Source: Takakia lepidozioides
Taxonomy: Eukaryota > Plantae > Bryophyta
Assembly (NCBI GenBank): GCA_030704615.1
Contig: CM060734.1
Coordinates: forward strand, 43,896,001 to 43,960,000
DNA: 64,000 bases
Direction of reading: 5' to 3'
Of the stretch, positions 35,301-48,327 are shown in pieces. The notes beneath the pieces were generated by a model, which did no database searches, was not told where the DNA came from, and worked only from the letters and a program-made list of their open reading frames with translations. The position numbers were made by a program, and so were the translations under genes. Position 1 is the first letter of the stretch, and every line of letters begins with the position of its first letter.

Positions 35301-38300
35301 ATTCTATCAAAGACTGAATGAGATGATTTCAATGATAGTTCAGCCTTCAATATCAAAAGAAGCCCAGTTTACCAAAAATCAATGCCCAGTAGGCTATCCT
35401 TTAGTGACGACTCAACAGGGATTTCATTTTCTGTCTCCATTTGGCCATTCTCTTCGAACACCACGTTTTCCGTGTCACTGTCCCACTCTGGTGACTCTTG
35501 TAAAGGGTCCTCATCCCCTTCATGGATGCCTTCAAGCTGGGGTTGGAAAGGTTTCCTTTTCCGGCGATGTCTCTTTCTCGAGAGCTCTGTGAGGACGATT
35601 CCATCATATGCTTCCCCTTCTCCCTCCCAGCTTATAAATTTTGATAGAAGATCAAGTGGTCTGTGGAGGACCTGTGTTTGAAAAACAAATACATTAATGC
35701 ACTCACCTTGCCAAGCCAGCACGCCACAAGACGTGACATCCAATTAGTTCATATGTCTGCAGGTCATCCCTGTAAAAGGAAGATGGAGGGATAGACCACA
35801 CTAGAATCCATCACATTGCAACAAATTACGGAATTGTTTGCTTCCTTAATTGTTTGCGGTGAAAAGATCAATTCAACTGACTTTACACTGGCGAATGCAC
35901 TTCAAAGCCTTTGTCAAGCTAAGTCTACACACTCTCCCATGGGCACAGCCCCCACCCCTGCATATTAAAAATACTTTCTTTCTCTCCAGGGCAACTTGGT
36001 GCAACAAAGTTTTTGCATGCATTTAGTTGGCTGATGGTGGTTAGCATCAACCACCAGTGTAGCTTAGTTTTGCTCAGAGACCAGGATTGTTCTGTGAAGG
36101 TGAATGAAGACTGTGAGAACATCAGGGAAAAAGTCAGGCAATTCTTACCGGGATAGCATACATGATGGATGCAATGAGAAGCATGGCAGTAGCAAGGACC
36201 ATGAGAATGGTTTCTCCCGGCCGTAGGATTCCCTGACCCACCCACAGTCCACTCTTTTTATTGAATGAAACTCAAGCAATCTGGTGAGGGGTGGCTTTAG
36301 GGCTGCTCCACTAACTAGTTTCTCCAAACACCTACTCTGACATGATCATCCATGTATGATAATTCTAGTTGATGCCTCCACAGGGTCATTAAACCTTGGC
36401 CTGCTGTATAAAATGGCCGCCACAAGGACATGTAATGCTCTCTCTCATCCTTAGGGCCCTCTGTGGACTTTAATAAAGTCTCTTTCTTTGCTTCATGAAG
36501 TCGCGTGGGCCCTCGGGTGCCCTTGTATCATACTTTCTTTTGTCCCATAAGCTCTTCGAGCTTCCAGTGGACATTACAAAGTTTCTCTCCTTTCTTACCC
36601 TTTTTCCTTCAAAAAGGGAAACAGCCCAGAACAAAATTCTGCGACTTCTGCATGCCAAGAAATGCCAACCCACGTAGGGTTGGCAAACAGAGAAAAAACC
36701 AAGTGCAGCCTAACCCAGTGGAGCTGGTAAACAATAATCAGAATGGCAGTGGAGCTGGATGACAGGGTTTTCTGTTTAAGGGGCTCTGAATATGGCAAGC
36801 TGCTTTGGCAGCTTCAGCCTCCTGTTTTTGCTCTGTGGCCTAGTTATAGCGCAGTGTTGGGTGGCAAGCCACCCCCTAATCTGTTTCCTGGTATGAATGA
36901 TCAGTTAAAGTGGTTTTCTCTCTTTCCAAAGAAAGAGGACAAATGAATATGCAAGCACCATTTCATTTCATTTCATTTCATTCTCTTTCCAAAGAAAAAG
37001 AAAGAACTGGAAAAACTGCAACCAGTGTGGAGATTGCATCACTAAACAGATCAGAAAGGAGAACTGAGACAGAGCTTATAGCATCACCTGTGGACAACAC
37101 ATAAACTGAAAGGGCACAAGCGGAGCCCTTAACAAGCTTGTTGACCTCCTAATAATGAAGCAGCAAAAGAGAATTAATAACGTCGGGTGTGACTACAAAG
37201 GAACCTGATGGTACCTCAACAGTGATCACCAGCATGAGGAAGACACCTAGAAACACAATTGCTCCCTGCATTCAATTGCACATAATAATAAGAGAAAACA
37301 ATCACAAGACCTCAAATATCTCTCCACCAGATCCCTTGATGGGTTAGTGGAGAGTCAAGAGGAAGCTCTATCACTCTTTCCACTGAATTTATACCATAGA
37401 TGTGGCCCCCTTCAATGCTGGTCCTACTTACCCTTCCCCTTTTCTCCTGCAACCAACATAGGTGTGATGTCTCACGGCCACAAATTCACTACAAGCACAA
37501 TTTAAATTATCTGTTCCACTGTCCTGTGCCCCGCCCCCCCAGGATATTATCTTTTCGCCCTTCTTGAAGTGATTATTCTCTTCTTCATCTTCATCCCAAT
37601 GATCCTTCCTTTGATTGCCCCTCTTTGTCTTTGTTCATACCTACTTTCATCCTTTCATTGGATTTTCACTGACCTTAGTCATTTGGAAGCGCTGTTTGAT
37701 GTCTTGAACATCTTTGTCCTGCTCGGAAGGGGGAGATGGTCTGACAAAATAAGCAAGCGCAAGAGTAATGATTGTAGGTGCCAGGCCCGCCAGCAATATA
37801 AATTTGTCCACATTGGGCTCTAAAAAGACTTGATATATCTGCCACATCAACAATATTACAAGCATTGGCGTCATTAATTACCAAGCATTTACCTTCATCC
37901 TTACATTACTAACTACTATTCTCGTCAATCCAAGCTTCAAAGGACAAATTTGTGTAATACTTATTACTACCTCTACTCATGCTACCCAGGCATTTCTTTG
38001 GCCACTGCTTCCAGTGAAGAGTTGTAAACCACCCACCAATACCTTTGATAAAAGTTGAGGGCACATAGTCAACTCATCCACTTTCCATTCCAAGAGACAA
38101 CAGGCTTTTAGGACATGACAAAGCAGTGATTACCAGGACAAACATGGCACCACTGAGTCCAACTTGGGCTTTCAATATGCCCATAGCAGTTCCTCGATGC
38201 TCACCGAAACTCTGCAGACTGGCCCAAACCCTCCAGCAATCAGTGCCTCCCATAGCTACCCTGACATCGAGCTGCAATGGAGGGAGACTCACACTATGGT

Positions 38301-40652
38301 TGGCAGTCGATGCCATATCAACCATTAATTACTGGCCTTAAAGACTACAACCGGGATGGAACTTGTATCTATGGACTAACCTGCTCTCAAGTTCAAACAT
38401 AAAATGATACACATGAAGTGACTGATTCCAGACAATCTCTGCATGAGTATGGAGGCCATCAACCCATAGAAGTCCTGGACAATGGGGCTCTATAGGAATG
38501 CAGGTGCCTTCAACATGTCTAGATGTTCGTGTCATCCTGAAGGGCTGAGCATCCATATCATCCATGGAAGTTAGGTTACCAGATTACTGGTCAGCCTGCT
38601 TGGAGGTTGCATAGGGTAAACCTCCATTATATATAAGCCAGTGCAGATTAGAAGACTGCCTAAGTCCGGCAGCAGTGCTCCATGCCGACAAAATTAAATT
38701 TACAGAGTACAAGAACTTTTGTTGGGAGGCTCAATCATCCCTCGTTATCCTTGTCCCTCATGTCACTTTTCCTATCTGTCCCTAACGCTCTGATAAGTAA
38801 TCTCTTGCCTCCTCTATATCTCCACTCACCTCAAGAAAGATCAGTGGCCTATACCTGGTGATGATACACGCCGTATCAATATAGCTGTCTCCTCCAACGC
38901 CCAAGGTAAAATATACACACAGCTACCTTTCCAGACCCAATGTGCCCCCAAGCCAGATCACAAAGCCAAGTCATGGCTTCCATTCCAGGACACATCACAA
39001 AATTAAAATGCCTTATTGCAATATCAAACCTCATCAGGTTCCCCTGATGGGTTGTGCAGTACTTAAAATAGAGTCATGCTGGCATTTCCATTGAGGAGCA
39101 GATAACCATAGTCAGATCTAATGTCTGCATGGGGCCTTTTTAATCCATAACAACGAAGTCTTGTAGGAGGTGGGAACTTATCAATGTCTAACTGCTGTGT
39201 TGCCAATCCTTCACTTTAAGAACCCAGAAGCCCGTATGTAACCAATGTGGGGAGCAACTTAGCTAGTGTCTCTTCCTGAAACTGTGCAAAACATGAAAAG
39301 TAACTTTCAACAAACGAAACCAGGACCACTTAAAGAGTCCCCGGTGCCTTAGCACTGAGCTATTCGTTGGAGGTTCTCAGGCAGATATATACTCAAGATT
39401 AAAGATCTGAGAGGAGGAAGGGTCATGACACGCAAGGTTAGAACTTACCAGCCAAAAGGATGGGGGAACTCTTCCAATGAGTGTCATCCAAACCTGCATT
39501 ACAAGGTGTGTCATCAATTGTGCGCCCCAGGTCATACCTGAGAAAACATAAATTCTCCTGTACCAGATGATTTTACCAGCAATCTGCGATCCTCTATCCT
39601 ACCCTCCTACAGGGCCAACGGGAAGCTTTGGATGCTTGTGTGAAGGGCTTTCTAGCGGATATCTGGAAAGCCTGAACTAAATGTTTACACCAGGGTTAAG
39701 TCCCACTACTTGAGTGAGATCCTCACAAAGTTAGTGTCTTTTCCCTCTCGTCCCACCCAAACTGGCGTGGGGTCCATGGCCACAAGGCTACGGCAAACCT
39801 CATATGAGTACATTCTCTATGGGATTGTATAAAGTTAATTTGAAATAGTATGAACGGTCAGTGGGACTATCAACAGTAAGCATTACAACTATGGTACTCA
39901 ACTCAATGCACAAGGCTGTGGTGGTATTCTTTAATAAATTCCCTGTTGTATGGCTCATATTTCGGGGATTGATTGTCATTCAGTTGGGAGGGCTTTAAGA
40001 CACAAATGTCTGCAGGAAATTCATCCTGGCAATGAGTACACTCTCTCGTGCCAAAAAGCACAGGGAATGCTCTCTCACCATGCTGTAGCCAAAGAAATGA
40101 AGGAGAGCACCAATGCAGACTGTAACCCAGGGTGGGTAAAAATTGTAGAAAAGGCCTGAAAGAAGGCCAAGAACGGATCCAAAATCCTTAGCAGCCCCAA
40201 TATCATCTGTTTGCTCTTGCGTATAATGTAGATTTTCCTTCAGATGCTCACTGTACACAGCATATGTATACGTAAGCCCTCCACACCCCTGCAACCTCGG
40301 AACAAAGAAAGGTACAAACTTATTACATCACGGGAAGCCCAGAGGAACAACTGCACAATAAAACCAAAAAGGAGAACAATACAGTGGAACCACTACCAAA
40401 GAACAAATCAAACCGTGTGTCACATGAAGACAGAGTTCCTCATGCACGAGTTGCTGATGTGGCTAAGTGTAGGGCAGGCACCACAAATTGTTTTTCCCCA
40501 AAGACTGAAATATCCTGTTTTGAAAGAAACTATACTCCCACTACAAGATGTAGGGGTCAGAAAGCGTGATTCCTGACCAGTATAATCATGTTTGCTGAAA
40601 GCACTAGCCATCGATCCAACCTTGGAGTACACTTTCTTCCTCTCCCTTCCAT
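32382..40652 (-). CDS. Nodulin-like / NFD4-family major facilitator superfamily transporter (about 14 exons)
   Basis: Exons read MEGRGRKCTPRLDRWLVLSANMIIL | GCGGLTYTYAVYSEHLK..AKDFG | VWMTLIGRVPPSFWL | LCVYFTLG.. | FGEHRGTAMGILKAQVGLSGAMF | ..GIDFW | GGGTGLAIINNFAQ | SIWSCFGRL | GLAYGSHWSL..EVFGLQHF | PIGAYVFS..LYDREA..CYGRRCF. Donors and acceptors are GT-AG. Confidence 0.9.
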
Positions 40653-41810
40653 TGTTGATCACTTGCGCCTTGATATGTTTTTCACATGGGGTGATTTGCT
40701 TGGCTACCGCTTTGGATGGAGAGGCGTGAAAAGAGAGGTGTAATTGCCATTGATGCCAGAACAGCATTCATTTGAGCATATGAGCTCCACAGCCCTCCGT
40801 CAAGCTTGTCCTGCATTTTGGATAGATTGCCGAGTCCATGTCATTGTCCTTCAGTGCTGTGGTGTACATATTCAAGCTGGAGCGGCCATCCATCCATCCT
40901 ACTCATTTCCATAGCCAATTCCTCCCTCTCATTTGCATCATTCAACTCAGAGCTTAAGAAGTGGGCACTCCATTAACTCCACACTCTGTAAATTTCCAAC
41001 TAGTGTAAAGATTGGATCGGAGCTATTTCACAGCCTTCTTGGTCTGGGCTGAGATTGAGGTATAAGAAGAACTAGGCACGTGGATGGGGACATAGGCAGG
41101 ACATTCAGTCCAATCTAGCAGCATAAAAACTCTTTGACTGACTTTCAAAACACAAACAGCTGGACGACTCTAATGGACGAAGACAAAGAGGTGTGCAGGA
41201 GTTCCAAAGAGAGACCTCGTATGCTAAGTGTGAGCTACTCATGATGACCTGCTATACCAGCCTTCGGACAATGCAAGACCAGTCTAATGGTCATCCAAAA
41301 GGACAGATCAGGATGTAACTTCATTCCACCAAATTGGCGTTGACCGAGTCCCCTATTTCTTAGGACCCTTCAGATCTGCGAACAGATCGAATCTCGCGCC
41401 CCCCTCAGCTCAGCTCTAGTCTCCTACTTCTCAAACACAACGAGTTCTATATGTGAGTTGGTGGATATTCTTCTGAATACTCGGTAGACCACATCTGTTT
41501 ACTGGATGTGGTCGAATGGTCCATCTTTGCTGAGATTCGTTAGGAAATGCGGGAGGAATTTCATTACCTTTACTGTATATGGCCACTTCTGCACTGACCA
41601 CTCATAAATGGACAACAAGCCATGCTAGATTTGGAGAGGTCGGCAATAGAACCACATCAGTGAGGAAAGGCTCTGATGTAATGAAGAGAAGAGCCCAACC
41701 CAGTAACAACGTGAAGAGCATAAGACATTAGCCGCATTTATAAAGGTAGAGAGAGATGTTTCACACATTGTCACAACGTGATGCAATGTCTGGAAAAAAG
41801 ACCGAGATGT

Positions 41811-41834
41811 GAGAGAGAGAGAGAGAGAGAGAGA
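41811..41834. repeat. (GA)12 microsatellite, probably in the 5' UTR intron of the MFS gene
   Basis: Direct reading. A minus-strand donor-like GAGGTAAGC lies at ~41922-41930. Confidence 0.8.
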
Positions 41835-44800
41835 GGAGAAATGAAATCTTCCAATTTACAAGAGTATAGTTAAAACACGAAAATCCGGATTCTCGAAGAG
41901 AAAGGGGGACGACATACTCCTGCTTACCTCAAAGAAGCACAGCGTCGAGAGAAACACAAAAGCTCAAGCTTCTGTGCGTAAGAAATGAAGAATTCAGTCA
42001 AGCACTTTCCCCCTCTCTACAGTGATGCCCTAGATGATGAGCTCCGAAGGCAGTGAGAGATGGCAGTGAGAGAAGCCGCAGACATTGAAGATGCTAGTGT
42101 GTATAAGAGTCGAGTGAAAGCTTGATGAATGTCGCGTGGCCATGAAGGGTAACACGGACGTATTTTTTGAGGACTACCATAGAATATAGAGGAAGGAAGC
42201 TCTCTTTTTCTCTCTCAACTGTTCTTGCGCAGATAGAGGCTCGGGCACAGCTGGTGCTGGAGAAGCAGCTGAACGATAACTATGACTCCACTGTTTATCG
42301 GTTCACATACTGTGAGGTCGTGGGTGAAGGGACCTGCATATTCAATTATATTCTCAAGTTCAGCTGCCGCCATCGTGGTCCTGTTTTGTAGGTAGAAAGT
42401 GCCATTCAGATTTTCGGGGACCACAGGCATGGAACAGTGCAAGGTTGAAGTGAGGATTGACACAATCAGATTGTCTAATACATTTAACCAAAGTTGTTGT
42501 CTTCATTCAGATTCTGCATCCAGTACTGGCAATTCTGACTGTGCAAGTTCTGAAGACCAGCAATTGCAAGTTTGATGCTTGAGCCACCTTCAGTAGCTTC
42601 AGACATCCACCAACCAGCAGGTCTTGCTTTGAGTGTCAGGTAGTCACCTGTGTGGTTTTCGCAATGCCACTATATACTGATGGTGATGAAATTGTAAAGG
42701 ATCGACATTGTAAGGATTCTCATGTCCTTTGTGAAGGTCAGAGATAGATGCAAAACTCCTATCCTCAAAAATGCAACTTAATTTCACTAGACAGATTTTG
42801 GGGTGGTCTGCATTGGGGATGCCACTCCATACACACATGCCAAAACATTTCAACCTGACTATGTAGTCTGCGACTCCACCTTGTAACTGACAATCTCCAC
42901 ATTCAGCTATAGCAATCTCTCAAAGTGTCACCAGTTGCCATTCTCAAAACTCACTTTAATGTTGCTATAGCTCTTCATGTATAGAGCTCAAGCTCAACTC
43001 CTTACATCTACCCGTGTTTGGATAATTTTTCCCCAGAGAGAGAGCTGAGTCTGAAACTAAGGAAAAAATATAGGCAGTGTACAATTCTGTACACTATTTG
43101 AACATTTCTTATACTTCTGCTCAAACATCTTCCTCTCTTCAGACACACTTCGATAGCAAATGATAGGTTTCAAAGGTGTGGGTTCAACCCCTGACATCTA
43201 TCATTTGCTAACAAGTTTGTCCAGAAGTTCACAAAAGTATAACAAGTGTTTTAGCATTGTGAATTTCACTGTGCCCTTACCCCATGTGGTACTTGGCAAT
43301 GCATATCCTCCTCCACAGAAGGAGATGACCATCCTAGAAAACCACTCACCTTAGTGTCCTACCCCTTCAAAGGAATTCTACAAACAAAAATGAGAAACAC
43401 TGGCCGGAGCCAGCCTCCTTGACCTAGTTCCTCACCAGCTTACATCTACGCCTCTCCTAGCTCGACACTTGCAGGCGAGTCTGTAGTTGGTACATTGAGA
43501 GATCGTCATCTGACGATGGTCCTCTGCCAATACGAGCCGAACCCTTGAATGGGATGCAGCCAGACTGTTGAACCTTTGATGTACCCAACCCTTCACAGCA
43601 GAAGAGAGAGCAAAACCCACAGTCAAAGCCCACCTAACCCCCCTAACTTAGTGTAACACTCCTCACATTGAAACCAAGTTCACAATGGACAGGGTAAGTC
43701 GCAATCAACAGACCACCAAATTAACCTGCCTATGCATCTAACAAAATCTCACAAACTGAGCTCAAAAATCAAACACTCAGTTCCTCATCAAAGCAGAGGA
43801 GTGATGGTCAACAGGCAGCACACTGACTAAAAACATTGAGCCCCGAGTCACTAGCAAATCACAAATTCACTCAAGGTAAGAATGTAATCGACAAATCTTG
43901 AAAAGTTACAATCAATACTTCAGATGAGAAAACATCCTGAAACAGGTGAGTGCTTGTCCCTACAGTAATTAGCTAGATGCTTCCATTCACAAACTTACTG
44001 GTTAAATATATATATGGCCAACTGCAGCTTACACTACACGTCTTCACCACCCGTGAAGTAAAGGACTACTCAAACGTAAGCCCAGTTCAATCAGATCCAA
44101 TCAGATCAGATAATATATCATATACTTAATATACTATCTTCATCTCAGTCAAACAGGGAAACATGGCTCAGTCGCTTCAGTGTTGCAGGGTGCAAAAGTT
44201 TGTAAAGCATAGCCCCAAGTTTGCTGAATATCAAGAGGAGGTGGAAGTGAACAATGATGATGCTGCTTAACTAAACCATTGCGAATAAGTCCCAAGGTAG
44301 TCCTCAAGACTACAGCACAACCCACCAGGTCATTTCTAACTGTGTATCCCACTGGGTATGTTTCAGTTAATCTACTACAAGCAGACCTGGTTATCTGTGT
44401 GCTCGGGCTAACATTTCTCTCAACACAATGAAAAACAGTAGCTTTAGAGCCAGAAATCTTCATTTTAGCGCTGTGTCCTCTGGTCACCATGCCCTACATT
44501 ACTAACTGGTAAGACCCAAGCTAAAAGATAGAAAGAAGCCACTGTAAGAAATTGTAGCTAAAAAGGGACCAGCCCCCACTGGCACCTGCCGACATGCACT
44601 GACAGGTGCATACCTGCAATGAGTACATTACATTTTCGAAAACAGACCGTGATTGCTTGATCAGATATCTCAAAAGTCTTAGACGTGGATCAGGCACCAG
44701 GATAATGAGCACAACATATGAGCTCGCACAAGTCAGTACGCTACCAAAAAGCCAGCCAGCCAGACCAACAAATGCTCCTGTATCAAGTAGAGTATAGGCA

Positions 44801-44994
44801 AGAAGCAAGTGAGCAAATTATTTCACTTTTATAAAGAGAGGAGTGGTCCAAATTCTCTCAAGTGACATCCCTATTGGAAAGGTCTCTTCGTACTGTTGGG
44901 AGGAGGAAAATCTGACCCTCCTTTCACAAAGATCAGGCCAGTAGCAGAACAACCAGGTTCAGTAATACTATTTATTAACCTCAAGATGCAATTC

Positions 44995-46230
44995 CTAAGC
45001 ATAAGTATCTAGTCTTGGTTCAAAAGAGAACCCCAGCAAGTGAAAATTGCGTTTACTGGGAAAAAGGGAATCTCTTGGCAGGCGATGCCACAAAGTCCTG
45101 GAAAGATCGAGCAAAAGTGCGTGCGGGCTCAAATGGGTGGTTAGACAAACCAGATCACTCAGGCCCACACAGACAAACGGCGTGAAAGGTGACAAAGGCT
45201 CCAAAAATTCGACGCACAACATACCCGGCAGTTTGTGAACCTCTATCCACTCCATCGTTGCAAGCTCCAGCTCCCATATCCGGATGCTCTCAGTCTTGGG
45301 GAGCGTACGTGGGACGCCTAAAACTCTTCCGACCATCAGTAGTCGGCCCCGACAGTGGACAAGAGAAGGAGACGCCAGGGAGGCAGGCATCAAAGCCCGG
45401 ACTTCAATCCAAACTCTTCTTTCGGGGTCGTACACAACTACTCCATACGGTAACTCTGTGATACAATAGAACAATCCATTGCACCAGACCCCGGGGTCCG
45501 AGCCGAACTTGGCCTCGGGCAGCGGGCTACCTGTTACTGTCCAGCGCATTGTCGAGGAATCATACACCTCAGTGGAGAGGTTGTAAACATAAGGATTCTC
45601 AGGGGGAATGCCATCCTCCCCTGCTACCATGATCTTGTACGACTTAGAGGCCGGGTCGGTCACCATGGCCACCTTGTGAATAAGCCGGATCTGCAGCATG
45701 GGTGGCAAGTCTCTCACTGACTTCACCAAAGGATTGCACACGGAGAGCACCGTGCACTCTCCAATCTGGTCTCCAAAGCATAGCAGGCTACCTCCCGCTG
45801 CAACCACGTGCATCATGGGCGCAATGGGAGGAAGAGGAACGTTGTGCCATTTGTCCAGGGCCGGGTTGTAAGTGCAGGCCATGTTGCCCAGAGTGGTCAT
45901 GAGAAACCAGGGCTTCATGCCCACATAAGTCTCTGCATGAAGAATTACAAAGCTCTCTGAATAGATGATAGAATTGAATCTCTTGTTCACCGACCGCAGA
46001 CGAAACAGGCTGTGCAATGGCAAGCGCGCCAGAACTCTGTCGACCAGATCCTCGGGTAACAACCTCCAGATGCGATCGTCCATCACCACGGGCCTCGTCT
46101 CTTCCAACATCTGGTCCAACATGGGTGCCTGGCCTTGTGGATCGTCCTGAAAGGAACAAGAGCTACTGCTACTTGAAGGAACTGACAAGATGGGTCTGGC
46201 CTGCCGCCTCGGCGATCCACGCTTTGGCAT
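44995..46230 (-). CDS. F-box/kelch-type beta-propeller protein, UFO-like
   Basis: Intact intronless ORF. F-box MDDRIWRLLPEDLVDRVLARLP..FRLRSVNKRF; VCNPL, VAGEDG..NLSTEVY, SPSLV..GRLLMV and terminal GFSFEPRL resemble UFO/LCR/HWS-type proteins (from memory). Confidence 0.9.
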   Translation of the reverse strand: MPKRGSPRRQARPILSVPSSSSSSCSFQDDPQGQAPMLDQMLEETRPVVMDDRIWRLLPEDLVDRVLARLPLHSLFRLRSVNKRFNSIIYSESFVILHAETYVGMKPWFLMTTLGNMACTYNPALDKWHNVPLPPIAPMMHVVAAGGSLLCFGDQIGECTVLSVCNPLVKSVRDLPPMLQIRLIHKVAMVTDPASKSYKIMVAGEDGIPPENPYVYNLSTEVYDSSTMRWTVTGSPLPEAKFGSDPGVWCNGLFYCITELPYGVVVYDPERRVWIEVRALMPASLASPSLVHCRGRLLMVGRVLGVPRTLPKTESIRIWELELATMEWIEVHKLPGMLCVEFLEPLSPFTPFVCVGLSDLVCLTTHLSPHALLLDLSRTLWHRLPRDSLFPSKRNFHLLGFSFEPRLDTYA

Positions 46231-48128
46231 ACCACTCACCCTCCACTGTGCAGTCACTGCAATCTTCTAGCACTGTAATCCGGCGCTATGTCTCCGCCAT
46301 ATCGCCATTTCCAGTACTTGCTATTAGCCATAGGATTACACACAAGCACAAACCTTTGCATCTTCAATTACAGCATGTAGGTCTCAAACAGATTCGCGAA
46401 AAAACAACCTCAGCAGAAGTAGAAGGATACCCAACCTAGACAAACACTGTTACGAATTGAAACAAGAGGCACATGCCAGGTCTGGCTCTTGTAGGCCAGA
46501 AAAGAGATGTCAGTCAATGCGATTGCAACACGCAGCAAGAAGCACCGCAGGCAGACGGAGATCAAATAGGAAATTTCAACCGGGAGAGGACGGCAGAGAC
46601 AGAAGTGTCCAACATGTCACCCTCCCTCCGTACACAGGGGTCAAGTAGTACACGAGGAGGGGAGCACTCGGATACATATAGAGAGGAACAGAGGCGATTA
46701 TCCAAGGGTTGAAATTGGGTAGCAGAGGTTGTGCATGGCGAAGCTTCAAAGCACTGGTGCGATGAATTGTGGAAGGCTGAAACACACAAACAGGAGACGG
46801 AAAGTGGGCAGTCGGAAGCGTAAAGATGAAGACAAAAAGAAGGCAATTGTGGCCAGAAGCCGAGAGCGTGGCGGCTCCCGGCATTCCTGGCAAGCGAGCG
46901 AGCGAGAGACATTATACAGGAAGAAATCGAGAGAGACGATGCAGGGGTCCGCCATCACCAAGGCACCAGGGGTTACACCCTCCACCCGCTGACGCCTTAA
47001 CACCCAAACCCCTTGGTTACACATTTTACTCGCTAGATACTCACCAGTATCCACCGGTCCAAAGAATCTCCTGTAAATTTTCCCCAACAGGTGCACATAT
47101 ACCAATGGACAACACTGAGACGCCTCTCCGGATAGAGCATCAGACTGCTGAATGACAACCCACAGGATAGAAGCTCAACCCCATGGTCTGTCCCTGTGAA
47201 ACCCTGTGGATTTACTCTTCATCCCCTAGGGAAAGGGAAACAGTGGTTGAGTACTGACCTGACCACAGTCAGATATTTCACAAACACATCACCCCAGGCA
47301 CTCCCTAGGGAGTCCCTACTATATAAAGAATCAGGAAGATGCAAAATGGTTAAATATATCAATGATCTCCGGGAAGAAAGGGAGGAAAGGGAGGAAAGTG
47401 TGAAACTTACTTATAGGGGCCCTGGTGGCCCCCCCCCAAACCCCTCTTAACACAAGCTTCCCTCTGGAAAGTCAAGCAGAAGTTGCATCAGGCTGCGCTT
47501 AATGCGCCTCTGCAGGCAACGTGTTGCACGGCATTGTTTGAGAGCAAGAAAAAGCAAAAGATGGTGGACTAGTCATCGTGGGGACCCATCCCCCCAATAT
47601 TGTCCTCATCATCCCAGCAGTGGGCAACAAGGAGGGTGGCCATATGGCCATCTCATCTCTTTCATTCATTCAATGGCCCGTTCTCTCAGTGTACCCATCT
47701 GTCTCTTGCCCACACACGTTACCCACTCACTACCACAGTCTAGTCATTGCCCAGTCCTTTGATGGAGATAGGAGCAAGGCTGTGGCCCCTTGGTGTCACA
47801 CTCGGGCCTGCCAGCACTGTTTTAATTGCAAGTCTGGCAAAGTGCAGTGACAAGCATGAATGAACCCGGCCCAGCCCAGCTCTACCAAAAGGACCGGACA
47901 CAAAAACCATGGTTCGGATAATTTTCCGTGTTTGTGAAAAAATAGCCAAGATGGCAGACTCGGCTGAGACCACGGAGCCTGCGAGCTACTATCATCACGC
48001 ACGTCAGTGCTGATGCAAGCAAGCATTGAATAGGTGTAGTGAGGAAATGAAGCATATGCCGGCAGTACATACCCAGCGGTACCTCCATTCTGCTGCCAGT
48101 ACAGCAGTTGGAACTTGGGCACCCCCTA

Positions 48129-48327
48129 GGGAATTCCAAAAAGGCCTTGATGTGAAATGCATCGCAATTCACTTGATCACCCCCTAAAAGTGTGCAATTC
48201 AATTGAATCGTGTGCCGACAATTCAATTGAATTGCAAATTAGGGTTAGTTCAATTGAATTGCGCACTTTTAGGGGGTGATCAAGTGAATTGCGATGCATT
48301 TCACATCAAGGCCTTTTTGGAATTCCC
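48129..48327. mobile_element. Foldback MITE (199 bp, ~80-bp inverted arms, TA flanks)
   Basis: GGGAATTCCAAAAAGGCCTTGATGTGAAATGCATCGCAATTCAC... is mirrored at ~48248-48327, with TA on both sides (Tc1/mariner/Stowaway-like). Confidence 0.85.

Noticed and set aside
47195-47452. Possible small LTR-like insertion (TG...CA with a TATA-like motif)
   Set aside because: No TSD and no second copy in the window.
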